Shown here piece by piece: positions 1 through 14,300 of a stretch of DNA of 64,000 nucleotides. Under the pieces are notes generated by a model, which worked only from the letters and a program-made list of their open reading frames with translations, searched no databases and was not told where the DNA came from. The translations under genes were made by a program, and so were the position numbers. Positions within the stretch are counted from its first letter, which is position 1; each line of letters opens with the position of its first letter. This stretch comes from Lama guanicoe (taxonomy: Eukaryota), in contig MU053347.1 in the NCBI GenBank assembly GCA_013239625.1, forward strand, positions 2,734 to 66,733, read 5' to 3'.

Positions 1-676
1 CAATCTTTTCTTTTCCCCCCAAGTAGCTAACAAGTGTTCCATTTACTGAATAACCTTTATTTATCTCCCTGATTTGTAGTGCCTTCCATCTCTTATATTA
101 AATTATTATTGATATCAGAGCCCATATCTGGACTTCCTGTCCTATTTTCTAATCTGGCTATTCTTGAACTAGTAAAACTCTCATTATCTTATTAATTATT
201 ATATTACTAATATGATTTTTTTCACAATAAACCCCAAATGAATTTTATAACTTCTGATATTTTGGAGGTATGATCTTTTAATCTAGAATCATGTGATTAA
301 AGCATCTTTTATATCTTTCAGTAGTTTTTACTTTTATTTTTTGATAGTTCCTACTATCCTTTTGTTAGGCTATTCTTAGACATTTTACCTTGGTTGTTAC
401 TCTTGGAAAATTTTAGAATTCTTGAAGCCTCCATCTGGTCTCTTAATCAGACACTGGAGAATCCTAAACCACTGATCTGATTTGAACAAGTGAGGTGAAA
501 AGAATTGGGGGAAGCACTGTGAGCAGAAGAGACTGTGGAACCTCCAGAGTGGCACCCTGCGTTGGCTGAGATGTTCTCTGGATAAAGTTTTCTCTGAGAC
601 TACATAGTTCCCAGCTTGATTTTCAGTTTTTTCAGCATTTCACATTAGATTTTAAAAGTCTGTGGCAGGTTCTTAT

Positions 677-752
677 CCAGAAAAAGAGCACTTGCACAGA
701 GGGTTTTATGTATACGCTTTCACCAGGTGGTAAATGGAACACGCTCTTCTTC
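677..752 (-). pseudogene. ANO6: ANO6 exon 12 homologue (disabled)
   Basis: Intact AG acceptor (753-754). Reads EEERVPFTTW*KRIHKTLCASA vs ANO6 EEERIPFTAWGKCIRITLCASAVFFW. TGA at 720-722, 76 nt long (2-nt deletion), donor GT changed to AT (ATAAGA). Confidence 0.92.
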
Positions 753-2789
753 CTAATTAAAAAAACTAGTTTAGTCAAATAACGGATTACACCAATGAAA
801 TGATTTTCCTCCTAACTGGTCACTAAATCCTGAACATAATTTTAAAAAAATAATAATTTCCAGCCATAGCCTCCTTATTTGTAAATGCATGGGGTTTTTT
901 TCCTGTTTTTTTTTCTTTTCTTTTCTGTTAACGATGTCAAACACACAACAAAATATGTACAGTTTTCATTTTAATACTATTTTTTGAAAATGCACATGTG
1001 AACAGTAAACTGTTTCCCTGCCGTGGTCTGAGCACCTGGCGAGGCCAAGCTTTAAAGCTCTATTCCTTAGCTTGCCTTTGATTTCAGAAGTGATGGTAGT
1101 GACAGCCTAGAGTCTGTGCAGGACAGAAAGTATCACAGGGGTCTGCAGTTATCTGGTCTCCACTGTGTGTTTCTTCGTTGAGCTTTATGTGTTACTTAGC
1201 TGCAACTATGAAGTTTAAGTTTCCATTTTAGAATTTATATTTAGAATATTTTAAGAGATGAAATCAGTAAGACTCAATATTTACCTGGATTGTAAAACCA
1301 GATATAGTATAAAAATAGCTGTAACTAAGTACATGGCCCTTCCTATGTGCAAGGAAGTCTTCCAAGCAGATTCTGTACATTACTTCAACCCGTCCTTACC
1401 ACAGTCATGAAGAAGCAACTCTCTTATTCTTATTTTATAGGAAACTATGGCACAGAGAATTTAAGCTGTCCAAGATCACTCAGGAAGCAAGCTCCTGTGT
1501 TCAAATATGAATTTAGGCAACTTCATTCCCAAGCTCTCACTACCAAAACGCTTTAAACAATGGAGCATGCTTTTGCAAGTAAAGTAAAATGCTTAAATTA
1601 AAAAACTAAAAAAAAAAAATAAGGCAATTTTTTAAATAAGGAAGAATGATAAAGTTAAATGAGTCTTCATCTTCAATTTTTCAACAAGCATGTTCCAATG
1701 AAAATTTAAACTTATTAGCTGGCAATTTTAAATTTAAACTTGGCAGTTTAAATGACCAAAAAACTTTTCTTCAGTATTTTTTGTATGCTGCCAATATGAT
1801 AAGTTTTTGTTTTTCAGGACTCAAAAGCATTATGAACATCTAATTTTGTCTAAGTTTCAGCTTTCATCTCTGAATGTACAGTCTTTCACCAACATATGCT
1901 TTTACCCCCATCTTCAGTTTTAAACAATGGGAACTATTCATAATGGGGACTATTAGAAGCTTATTTCATTGTAAAAGACAAATGTCACTTTCTATTGGTA
2001 GCTGAACCTCATTTTTTTCCATTTATAAAAAGAGGAGTTTGACCTGCTCCCTCCCTACTTTTTCAGTGCCAACATTCTGTAGATCTGTGATTCAATTTAT
2101 TAAATCTATAATTGGAGACATTTTCAGATGCTCCTAATAAAAGCATTTTCTTTCTAAGAGTTATTCATGCTCACAACCTACTGTCCTGCTGCTGCTGACT
2201 ACAAGTACCATCAGCTCTAAATTATCTCAGCTGATGGAAAGAAGCAATATTACAGATGACTCAAAAATCATCTTTTCATAGCTCTGGAATGTTGATACAA
2301 AGATATACAGTTTTATTTTTTTAATTTTGCAGCAGGAGTGGCAGCAATAAATTTACATTTCCAATTATGTAAAATGCCTAGCACAAACACTGCTCAAACA
2401 CTGATGGCACCTCAACAAATGTTTCCCTGCTTCTTCTACCCTTTCTCTGACTTTAGGATTAGAGCCACGCTGCTCTGTGCAGATCCCAACCGGAAGGGGG
2501 AGCAGTGACCGGGACTTAGTTCAAGACAAAGGGGCACCTAGTCTACGATGAAAAGGAGGCCGCAATAATGAAGACACATGTGAAAAAATGGGAGTCAACT
2601 ATAAAAACCAATGTGTCTTTCCTTCTACATCCATGTCATAGCGGCTAATTTATATTTTGCATTTATTTTTGGTGTTATTAAAGGATAAAAATCAATGCCC
2701 CTTATACACTTATACCAGAATTCTTCTTTTCCCCCTTTTACTGATATTATGAAGGAAGGACCACACTTCTCTTCTGTGTCCACCATTCC

Positions 2790-2966
2790 AGGCAGTGCTC
2801 CTTCACCTTGGGTGCACATTAGAATAACCAGAGGAGCTTTATAAACTTCCCTATGCCAGAATGCACCCCAGGCCACTAAGTACCATCAGAGTTTCCAGTG
2901 ATGGAATCCAGGCACCAACATTTTTTAAGGTCCCCTGGTGATTCCAACATGCAGCCAAGGCTGACA
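2790..2966. mobile_element. MER5-type hAT DNA transposon (MITE)
   Basis: cagtgct..ccttgggtgcacattagaataacc..gagcttt...ggtgattccaacatgcagccaaggctga matches the MER5A consensus pattern. Confidence 0.75.
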
Positions 2967-3015
2967 AGTCCAGAAGTAAATAGACTAAAGTGCATCTAAA
3001 CAGCACCTGCTTTTC

Positions 3016-3152
3016 CTGGGTAATCTCATCTATCTCCACGTGGGGACACCGGGCCTCCTATTCTGGCCGGACTTGTCCTTCCTGCTCAACCGTGTCCCAT
3101 TTGTACTCAAGTTCTGCCTGGCGCCGCTTCCAGAACTCCAGAAGTAAGGTGA
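3016..3152 (-). pseudogene. ANO6: ANO6 exon 11 homologue (disabled)
   Basis: Intact AG acceptor (3153-3154). Reads (V)[44 protein letters not shown]. TAG at 3058-3060, 2-codon deletion relative to TVELQQEEQ, donor reads GAAAAG instead of GT. Confidence 0.95.
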
Positions 3153-3478
3153 CTAACAGAGAGAGAGAACAGCAGAATGTGCATCTTCAGTGATGACTGA
3201 TGCCTCAGAAAACTGTACTTAATATTTATTACACTTAACACTTTGGTAAATGGTTAATAAAATCACATTTTATTTATAGGCGATACTAAAGAGAAAAATG
3301 AGTTAATACTTTTTTTTTAAGAAAAAAGAAAATGTAGATAATTTATTGAACTTTTCAAAACAGACTAGCTCTCTAGCTCAGGGGAAAGTTATTTGCGTGA
3401 TGGTCAGAGGCAGGTGACTGTGTGTGATGCTGAAGTACCTGCTACCAGCACATTATGCCCATTAAAAACACAAATATC

Positions 3479-3578
3479 GGGGGGAAGGGTGGGTATAGCT
3501 CAGTGGTAGAGCACGTGCTAAGCATGTACAATGTCTTGGGTTCAAGCAACAGTACCTCCATTAAAAAAGAAAGTAAAA
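3479..3578 (+). mobile_element. tRNA-derived SINE (camelid type)
   Basis: GGGTATAGCTCAGTGGTAGAG A-box, GGTTCAA B-box, A tail; TSD AAAAACACAAATATC / AAAAACACAAGTAAC. Confidence 0.9.
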
Positions 3579-3989
3579 AAAAACACAAGTAACTGTCACA
3601 ATTTAAAAGCACTGCACGGTCCACCCTCCAACCCTTCTCCTCACATCTCTCTGTCTCTTCTGTCCGAAGGGCCTGAGGGTGGGGAAGGGGATGAGAATGC
3701 TTTAGTAGCCCCTGCATTTCTATTTTCAACCACCCCAGTCACACAAAATAAAAATAATATTCTTAAATATGGAAAACTGCCATTTTCCTCAATCTTCGGT
3801 AAAGTAATTCTTAGAAATCGTCATTCTGTTTTAAGACTCGTAACTTCAAATTGCAGACAAAAACAACATGACATGTTAATTGAAAATGTGACTTCAAGGT
3901 AAATCCACTAAGCCCTTCTTCCAGCCAGACTGTTACCCCTAGGCCCCAACTCTAGAGAAATTCCAGAATATCCACTGTTCGCTCCACCA

Positions 3990-4830
3990 TTATACCTGAG
4001 CCTCTACAATGCTCTGAGAACAAAGAGAAAAAAACACAGTCCCTGCTTCCGGGAGCTCCTAGGTGCACAGGAGTCATCGTGAAATGATGGCTGAGGAGGC
4101 ATGTTACGAGGGCTTGGATAACAGTCAGCAGAGGGTGCTCGGGACAGAGAGCTGGAACTGAAGCCAAGGCTCTCCCAGAGGAGGGAACCACTGTGCTGAG
4201 TTCTGAGATGCCCTAGAAGTGATCAGGTGAAGGTATAATGTTAAGGCCATTTCTCCCTGGGGAGCTGCACATGCAAAGGAGGGAGGCCAAAGAGAGCCAG
4301 GTCCCTTCCAGGAACTGCAAATAGTCTAGAAGTGAGCACAGGGTGTGGGAGGCAGGTGAGGCAACCAGGTGGAGAGATCACAGGTGCACATCACAAAGGA
4401 CTCTGTGTGCCTCCAAGGTAGATGAGACATGCAAACTGATCTAGAAAGAGACAAGATAGAGGCATGAAGACCTATTGGCAGGTTCATGTGAAGGCCTGCT
4501 GAGACCCCACCAGGTGGAGAGAGAAGAACACATTTCAGCAGGTGGACGGATTGGCCACAGGTGTGATGGAAGAGCAGGAAGAGATCAAAGATGCCAACCA
4601 GATTTCTGACTTTGGCAGTGTCCTAAATTATAGTGCCATTCCCTGAAATAAGAAGGGCAGGAAGAGGAGCAAGTCATGAGAGGAGACAACTGATTCAGTT
4701 CTGGCTGGGTGCCTGTGGGCTCCAGGAGAGGTGTCCAGGAGGCAAATAAAAGTCTAGAAATCGGGAGAAAGTTCTAGGCTGAGCCAAGTAGTTTTCCTGT
4801 TTCAAGAGGCTAATGGGTGTGAGTGGACAA
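3990..4830 (-). mobile_element. LINE-2 fragment
   Basis: Purine-rich diverged L2 body (gatcaaagatg..cagatttctgactttggca; ttcagttctgg). Confidence 0.55.
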
Positions 4831-4959
4831 GCTCACGAGAAGAGGTGTATAGGGGTATCTCTCACCCTTCTGCACATGGGAAGCATCTCGGAGCTTTTAA
4901 AACATAGTGCGTTCCAGCCTGGAGTGGGGCCTTTTTACTGTTTATTGTTTTTTAAATAC

Positions 4960-5078
4960 TTCTTTCCTTTTTGTGGGGGGTAGTTAGCTTTATTTATTTT
5001 AATGGAGGTACTGGGAATTGAACCCAGGACCTCTTGCATGCTAAGCATGTGCTCTAAAACTCAGCCGTACCCGCCCCA
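4960..5078 (-). mobile_element. tRNA-derived SINE (camelid type)
   Basis: Reverse complement of the same family (atggaggtactgggaattgaacccaggacctcttgcatgctaagcatg). Confidence 0.88.
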
Positions 5079-7008
5079 CCTTTTTTTGTTTTTAGACATT
5101 AGCTCTACTGAGCAGTCATGGTTGAGAATCAACCTGCAGAGAGCAGAGAGCCTTGGGGTCGAGACCAAGGAGAAGCTGCCCAGAGCCCTGCAGACCCCAC
5201 CGGGGGCAGCCGGAGACGCAGGGAGCTTCGGACGGGCTGTGAGGAACGTGAACTCAACACTCTTCAGTGACGAAGACAAAAAACATGTTTCAAGCTCCCA
5301 CTTCCCAGCAGGGTTTGTTCTGACTTTACCAGTTTTCCAGGAATACTGAGTGAGAATAGAAATTATCTGGACACAGGGATCATATTCAAATGGTGGTTCT
5401 GACCATTCTTAGCTGCGTGATTACTGATTAAGAGGTTACCCGTATGCCACGTGTAAAATGGGGGACTTAGCACCGTGCTCGTGGGCTGCTGTGAGAGTAA
5501 TGAAATGACATCTATAAAGGCCCTCCTGACTCTCAGACGTAATTGCTACTATTGTCCCCATTTGGGACACCAAGAAACAGAGGCACAGAAACCTTCAAAC
5601 ATTTGCCCAAGATGAGGGTTGGTGTCAGGAATCAAGCCAATGACTTCGTGGATCCAGAGCCCAGGATTTTCTTATGAACAACACGGCACTGCCCAGGCTG
5701 CCTGCTCCAAAGCCCGCCTCCTTTTGGCTCAGTTCCATGGCACCTGTGCTGCACAGATGCCCTCACTGCCTGCCTGCCTGCCTGCCCAATGTCTGCCTCC
5801 GGCACTCCTCCCTCCATCCCACATAGCGCTTCCGTGGGCACACCAACCCTCACGAGGCCATTGCTGTGGCTACTCAGATGTTTACACGGAAACGCAGGTG
5901 TCAGCCCCTTTTTGCTACAGGTGCTGCTGTCAGTGGAGGCAAAGTGTTCACAGTTGGTGGGGGAGGCCACATCTGGTCTCCTCCTTGGCTGGAGAGCTGG
6001 ATGGAATCCAGTTTCCCTCTGCAACTTAGACATCCAGCATGAGAGCTATGTAAGGCCATCTGGCCTCTCAACATAGAAATGATGCCCCTGCAGTTGTACT
6101 TAACATTGTAACCTCCTGGCTCCACCAGGGAGCAGAGGCCATGTCCTGTTGTCCACCAAGTTTTGTTTCCTTGCACGACAGCTACAATGGGTTAACACCA
6201 GACCAGAACATCTACAAAGCCCTCGTGTACTATATCCTGATACTTGTTGGTCACCCAAATATCTCAGATCCTCTAAGTAAACAACTAGTAAGAGGAACTG
6301 AGCTGACTCGTCTGTCAGTTCCCTGATGGCAGGACTGATTTGGCCTCTCCTGCTCTCGGGATGATCCGTTCTACTTCTGTGTGACCTTCCCTGAGTGAAA
6401 GAGACTGTTCTTTGTTTATGGGCTAGGGAGTATTTGTGGCTGTCTGACCAGAATCTTCAAAAGTAGAGCTCTTGGTGAGAATGGAAGCATGACACCCACG
6501 TCTCATGAGCTCAGCTACCCAACAGCCTCATTTAGCCAAGAATGTGGCCAACACCAGGGGCCCTCACTGTTGAGTGTTGGGTCTGGAGAGCAATGCCTCC
6601 ACCAGTGAGAAGCTGCCCCACCACTTGTGCCCTTGTCCCCATCGAGGGTGAGGTGACACATCCATGGGATGAAAGCCGTGAGGGCACTAAGTGACTGTGG
6701 ACCAAGCTGTGACTGCCCGGTCCTGTCCCCCATGTGACCCATGTTAGCCTCACATGCAGAAAATCCCTAAAGAGACCCCTGCTTGAGTGAATGGGTCACT
6801 TATAAGCCAACTGTCCTCGGGCTGCCTAAGAAGCAACACAGTGTACACAGTGAGCCACCAACTCACTGATGTCCCCAAGTCTCACAGCTCCCTAATGTGA
6901 CACCAGGGAATCCCAGCAAACAGAAGATCCTTACTTTATAATTGACTTGAGAATTCTACTGCCAACAATGCCTTCCACCTTTCACTTATGANNNNNNNNN
7001 NNNNNNNN

Positions 7009-7570
7009 AAAGAATGGCACAGCTATTAGCACCAAGACGATGGGAACGTCAACTCCCAGTAGATCTTGAGCTTCAATACACACTCTCCGAAATACAGCAG
7101 GATGCTAAATGGCACTCCCACAAGTGCCAGGACAGGTTCAAGGCTGACCATAAAAGGTCAAAGGGTGAGTGGTGGCCCAATTTCTGCGAATCCCATTACC
7201 TTCCCCAAAGCAGTTGGATTATTCCTCCCACTTATTAGCATATGAAGATACTGGGTACATAAAAACTAACAACCCCACACCTCGTGGCTGCTCTCTCTGC
7301 TGATGGAGACAGCCCACGCTATGTCTGCGGAGTGTGTATCTACTTGTACTTTAAACTGGAGCACCCAAACCCCACGCCTCATGGCCTTCTCTTGCCTTCT
7401 GAAACAGCCCACTCTGTCTGTGGAGTATATATCTCTCTGAAAAAATCTACATTTACTGAACTGTGGCTCACTTTTGAATTCGTTCCTGTGCAAACCAGGG
7501 ACCCACAACTCACGAGGTGCATCTCAGGGGCCCAAATAAGACCTGGGATACGGCCATCCTTTCCCCCACA
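7009..7570 (+). mobile_element. ERV solo LTR (ERV1-like); 5' end obscured by a small gap
   Basis: LTR-like architecture with an internal ~100-bp-period direct repeat (7274-7341 vs 7371-7436), ending in CA. Confidence 0.6.
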
Positions 7571-9871
7571 TTTTCCTATATCATACATTCCTTCCCGAAG
7601 GATCTCAACTTTTGCACTCCAAAGCAGACAGCACTCATGTGTCCTGACCTGGATCTGCTTCTGCGTTTATCATTTCTTATGTCCACTAGAACATCACATT
7701 CATGAGGACAGGGAATTGGTTCTGTTCACAAAGGAAGCACCAGCACATCACAGGTGCTGGAGAAGTATTAGCTGAATGAATGAGCTGTGGGAAGTCCTGG
7801 GAATTCCACCTGGAACTCCTAGCCACTTGGGACCCAGCTTACGCCAGGTGCTCCCTGCTACTCATGGCTGACCTCTTGCCACCACCCCCTGCTCTGCCAT
7901 CACCTGAGCCGGGATGAGCTGGGATGAGCACACAGCCCGGAGAGCATGGCGAATGGTTCATGTCATAGCAACACACTCGCCCTTTGACTGCCAGGGGTTA
8001 CTTAGGATGGACAAACTGAAAGCAGCACCATGTGCACCGCCCTACGCTACAACTCACTTGAAGCACCAGGACTGCACACAGGGGAAACGCTGGCCCTTTC
8101 CAACCTAAGGAGAGGGAATATGGATGAGAAGAGGGTCTCTGTCAACTAACAGTCTCTTTAAAACCCCAGTCTTAGAAAAGCTCTTTAAAGACACTTTTGG
8201 TATCTTCCTTGTGTTTCTGTAATCCCTCTAGATTTTGTCATTTTAATCTACGCATCAGAAATATAGATGCTCTTGAAATCTCTATTGATTTTCAATGAAG
8301 AAAATCCTCAATTTCCTTCTCTGCTAAGAAAATTACTGCACTTTATATAAAAAAAAGCAGCTTCCTTTCATGAGTTTCTATCTTCAAACACCTAATTTCA
8401 CAAGAATCAGTGAAGCAGGACATGAAAATCATGCTGTGCTTTATCACCTACAAGTGGGCAGGGATGAAATGAATGAGTACTGATCTCATGAGACGGGAAG
8501 GCTGGGGCTGCCTTATTCCTGCTACAGATGGAAGGGTCCAAATCTGTGAGGGTGAGGAAGGACCGAGAATGAGAAACCAACATTTTCTTACCCATTTCTC
8601 TTTTTTTGAGTCCGAGAAAAAACACTGTGATTTTATCAACAAAAACAAGAACATCTTCACCCTTCTAAAAGCACGCCACAACGTTACTACTACACACGAC
8701 ACTCTGTCACTGACCTAAAGGCTGATGACAGCCAAGAAATTTGCAGTGATCTTATTCTGTGCTCATCCCTTTTTGTCTTTGGAACCTCAGGAAGTTTGCC
8801 GCCTCTCCCTGAGTGTCATTTTCCTCATCCTTCAAATGGGAGTGTAACAGTCATTCATTTGCTCAGTGTCTATTCGACAACAGGAGACGGCTTATGAAAA
8901 CAAAAACAACAAAATACAGAACAGCAATTCTGATCTGTGCTGTCTTCCTCCTCCTCCCTGAACATGAACTTACCGGGCAAAATGGCATCTTTCACTAAAT
9001 CCCAAACTTAAGGAGCAGTTCTGATAAGGACGTCATCGGACTGCCGTGTAACCGAGAAATGACTTGGTGAAAAAGAATGAGTTGCCAGCAAATCCTCAAA
9101 ACCAGTTAGGGAAGAAACCCTGGGAGCTACAAGCATGGGTGGGAGTTCCTTAGTTCCCCATTTCACAAAGCCGAGAACTTTGCAGGGTCCATGAAAGACA
9201 CAGATAGCCCAGTACAACCACACCATGTTTTGGAGTACACCGAGGCCACATCGCTGCTGACCTGTATTCTTTGTGTCCTAGAGCAAGAGCCCTGGGCGGG
9301 GGTGACTGTGTTTGCGGCCGGACAAGAACTTCCTGTTCTGTCTCTTTTGCTCTCTCAATTCCTGCAATAAAACAACTGGCAGGACTCTGGTGGGGAGCAA
9401 TGCACCCACATTCTCTGGCAAACCACACACTAGGCAGCGCTAGCTGATCTGAGAGAGGACTCTTCAATGAACATATATACACCAAAGTCATGCAGAAGGC
9501 TGCCTGTGACCTTGGGAATCCAAACCAGCTTGTCCTGTTAATCAGGATATTAGACATCTAAAGAAACTGTGCACCAGATGAAGATGATGCCTTAGACAGC
9601 GTTGGTGGTTATGTCCAGCAGTGTCTAAGGACAAGTCATGCTCTGGTAGATGGGAGCATTTTGGTTGCTTTCAGAGTTTGCTACTGAAGGGCTGGGACAT
9701 TTCATTGGGCCTTGAAACTCCAGAACTCTTTACTCACAAAGGCAGACAGTTAGGTGAGCCAGCTCAGCCTTCATTCCAACTTCCTAACCAAAAGGCTGTG
9801 AGGTTGAAAATATATTTCTCAGACTCTTCTGCAACAAGGGTTCCAGAAGTGGCTTTAAAAATGCCCATCAG

Positions 9872-10111
9872 AGATTGAGATTTGCAAATATTAACTACTA
9901 TATATAAAAATAGCTTAAAAAACTAAATTTCTTCTGTATAGCACAGGGAAATATATTTAATATCTTGTAATAACCTTTAATGAAAAAGAATATGAAAAGG
10001 AATACATACATATATATGTGTATATGAATGACTGGAACATTGTGCTGTGCATCAGAAATTGACACATTTTAACTGACTATACTTCAATTAAAAAAATATA
10101 CATTTAAATAT
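9872..10111 (+). mobile_element. Very short L1 3' tail insertion with a 12-bp TSD
   Basis: L1 3'UTR motifs (ctgtatagcacaggg...aactgactatacttcaattaaaaaaa), flanked by AATGCCCATCAG at 9860-9871 and 10112-10123. Confidence 0.85.
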
Positions 10112-11399
10112 AATGCCCATCAGCAGCATCTGAGTGTCACTGAAAGCAGAAAGCCAGATGAATGGAGGCAGAGGTTGTGGGAGGAGCTATGTTATTTTGC
10201 TTGGGTGGATGCAGCCGGCATGTCAGAGATCTAGAAGGAATGCTCACAACAGCCACTCACTGATCTGCAAGTGAGTTAGGGTAACAGCTTCCTGAAATCC
10301 TCCCCACCCGTCCTGATGAGCCAGGTGTCTTGCGTTTCTCTGGATATCACTAGGCGCAGCCTGGAACTCAAAAGTAAAAATTAAAAACTGCAGTCAGGCA
10401 GTGAAGAGCCTGGCAGGACCCGTTGGACAAAATTAGGTCAGAATCAACAAAGAATGGGGAGGGGATAGAACGTGTGCTGAGGACCCTGACTTCAGGGGTG
10501 GATATTCTGTGTTGAGGACTCTGAGTCAGTATGAGTAGATGGATTGGTGTGGACTAAAGTGGTGACCATTTTTCAGATAAGTGCGTGATTTGGACTATAC
10601 TTATTTGAGGAGGGTTTTTTTCCCCTTCAACATTGATCATTTCTAGGCAGCAGAAAAATACTCTGCCACACAACATCTAAGTGCAAAAGAGATGCTACGG
10701 GATGATGGTGGTATGAAAAATTACAGCTCTGTCATTCCAAGATTTCCTTAATGAGGTTCACAGCAGTTGGTACTTAAAATTAAATAAGGTACTTATAATA
10801 AAGACATTATCATATGTATATATCCTTAAAGATACACATATGGTTGTATAAGTGGGCCTGAAATGTGTTCTGCATTCTAAAATCAGATGAAATAAAATCA
10901 GTAGCTCAATATGCCTGTCGGCTCTATAAACATGATGTAGCTAGTGATCACAGAATGCAAGATCAGTTAGGAAATTTGAGATTTGTCTTTTCCAGTGAGA
11001 AAGTTAATATTTTTTGCTTTACTTAAAAAGCATTTTTTAAATTAGTTCTGTCAGCATCCTTTGGTACACTGCATTCAGTAGATGTGTTCAGATATTCTAG
11101 ACAGTGAATCAGAGCAAAGACTGAGGTTTAGACAGTAGTTAAATGTCTCACCTGTGTGATCAGAATCCACATACTGCTATACTGAAAATCCTTAAAAGTG
11201 AGAACTTCATTAAAGCAATGAAATGAGAGGGGAAAAAATAGTCACAGACTAGTGGAAGTTTTTTAACGTGTAAAAATGACAAAGGGCTATTCATGAGCAT
11301 ATTTTTAAAAACACCTACACTTTAATAAGAAAAGCAACAAACTGACAACAGGTTGCACACTGCTCCCTGTAGGAGAAGCCATGCAGATGGACTCTTAGT

Positions 11400-14300
11400 G
11401 AATGGGGCTGGAGCTGTATAATTAGTTAGTCTTACAAGTAACTCAGTTAGAAACAAATGCAAATGGGATACACTTCTAGAATATCTGAGTAAAAATCTTG
11501 GAAAACTTACTCCTCTATGAAGCAATGACAATGGCAAAATTTGTCAAAATAAACCTCTGCAGAACTCTGAAAATTAAATCAAGGCTTCCATCAATCAGGG
11601 GAATATTTATTTGAGAAAAAAAAACAGCTAAATCTTCATAAAGATAGTGAGTTTTGTGGCATTGTAACTTGATCTATCCCTGTATCCTGACCTAAATGGT
11701 GGCCTTTAAAAGCAATAGTCTCACTATCAAGGTAGGCGCAGAAGTGATTTAAAGTTACCCAAAAATTCGCCCCCAGAGAGCTGTCAGTATTTGACCTATC
11801 ACAAACTGATGCTGTACAAACAGCCTGTCCCCAAATTGTGTGAGGAAAACAATCAGCAGTGAGTATTTAACATTACAACTGCCTGGGGCAGTGGTACCAG
11901 TAGAGGCTAACTAGACACTGACTAGGAAACTTAGAAGGAAAAATTGAGAAATGAGACCTTCTGGGGGTGAAGGTTGGGTTAAAAATCTCCAAAAAATTCT
12001 GAGAATTGTAGAAGGCCGTACACATGTGTGGCACATGGCAAGGAAAGATCTGAGAAAATCTTAAGCCTTCAACTCTGGCTGAACTTGAGGTTCTGCATAA
12101 GCAAGAACTAAAGGCTATGGAAGAGCTGCAGACTGCCTGCCGGTGCTGAGGGCATCCCTCAGCACGCAGACACACAGCCACCTGGAGCAGCTTAAAACTA
12201 TTGGCTCCAGGCATTGAAAGAAATCACTATCCAATCAGTATTACAGTGATGAGAACTAGGCTTTCTGCACACACACTGATCTCATGGCCATGCATGATAA
12301 AGAATACAGACTTTACAGAATTTGTTCAGGAAAGTAAATAAATAGCTGCAGCAGCAACAACAATGGAAGCAACGAAAAACCCTGGAGATGAGGAAAATCT
12401 GGCTTTCAGATCTGCCACATTGTAATATTTTAAATGTCCAGTTTTCAACAGAAAATTACAAGGTGTACAAAGAAACAGAAAAGTTTGGCCATAACACAGG
12501 GGAAAATGTAGTCAATAGAAACTCCCTGAGGAAGCCCAGACACTGGACTTACTAGACAAAGACATAAATAAGCAATTACACATATGTTCAATAAGCTAAC
12601 AGAAACCCTGCCTAAAGAATTAAATTATGTGGACATCTCATTGTACAGAGAATATCAATAAATAAAATTTATATTAAAAACCAACTAGAAATTCTAGAGA
12701 TACAAATATAATGACTAAAATGAAAACTTCAATAAGACATTTCTCTGTAGATATGAACTTGTTGAAGAAAAAGTCAGTTAACTTAAAACTACTGAGATTA
12801 TCCACTCTGTGGAACATAAAGAAAAAGGAATGAAATAAAAATGAACACTGTGTCAGAGATAGGTGGGACACCATCAACAATACCAATACACACATAATGG
12901 GAGCGCCAGAAGGAAGGAGAGAAAAAAGGGGGCAGAAAGAATATATAAAGAAATAATGGCTGATAACTTCCCAAATTTGATGAGAACATTAATTTGAACA
13001 TCCCAGCAGCTCAACAAACTCCACGTGGTATAAACGTAGAGACATCTAAAATAGGCACATCAGACTCAGTGTGTCAAAAGACAAGAACAAAGGATCTTGA
13101 CAGCAGAAAGAGGAAAGTGGCTCAACATATGGAAAGGCTCCTCAGTAAGACATTTGATTTCTCATCAGAAACCATGGAGACCAGAAGGCATTGGGGTGGT
13201 ATCGTCAAAGTGATATAAGGAAAAGACTGTTACCAAGTATTTTATAGCCAGCAAAATGATCTTTCAAAAAAATTAAAGGAGAAATTAAGACACCCCTACA
13301 AAAACAAAATCTGAAAGAATCCATTGCTAGCAGGCCTGCCCTACAAGAAATACAAAGGATAGTCCAGCAGGTGTAAATGAAAGGACACTCGCCTGAAAAA
13401 TAATAAGCACTACTACATGAGTAAAAAAATAAAACAGTATAAACAGAGTATTACATGTAAATGTTTTGTTCTATTTGATGTAAAGGACAACTGCATAAAA
13501 CAATACTTGTGAAACTGTGTAGATGTGCTTATAAATGCCTAAAGGTGTAATTTTTATGACAATGACAGCATGAGGAGGGGGAGTGAAAAGATTGATACCA
13601 AAGCAAAGTTTTGGTGTACTATTGTAATTAAGTTGGCATTCATGTGAACTAGATTGCTTTAAAACAAGATGTTAATTATAATCTCCAGAGCAATGGAGGA
13701 GAAGTAAGGAGGAGGAAGAGGAGGAGGAGGAGGAGAAAAAATGATAAAATAAACAACAAATTAAAATGGCACACTTGAAAATGCCTACTTTGTACAAAAA
13801 AAGTGTAGTAATAGAGGAATCAGGGGAAAAAAAGACATATAGAAAGCAGATAGCAGATGTAACTTCAACCTGATAAGAAATTACATTAATGTAAATGAAT
13901 TAAACATTCTTATCAAAATACTAAATGCAGAAATAAATGGAATAGAGAATAGATGAACAACAGAGAAAAATCAACAAAAAGAAAAGTTGGTTCTTTGAAA
14001 AGATCAAAAATATTGACAAATTTTTAGCTAGTATTAAAAAAAAAAGATCAGAGAAATGCAAATCAAAACTACAATGAGGTATCACCTCACACCAGTCAGA
14101 ATGGCCGTCATTCAAAAATCCAAAAATGACAAATGCTGGAGAGGCTGTGGAGAAAGGGGAATCCTCCTACACTGCTGGTGGGAATGCAGTTTGGTGCAGC
14201 CACTATGGAAAACAGTGTGGAGATTCCTCAAAAGACTAGGAATAGACTTACCATATGACCCAGGAATCCCACTCCTGGGCTTGTATCCAGAAGGAAATCT

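Noticed and set aside
3479..3578. tRNA gene
   Set aside because: A/B boxes are present but followed by an A tail with TSDs, and the sequence recurs at 5 sites: a SINE, not a tRNA.
6515..6590. Possible degenerate ANO6 exon 10
   Set aside because: Only a short caccaggg-type resemblance, with no translatable match or splice sites.
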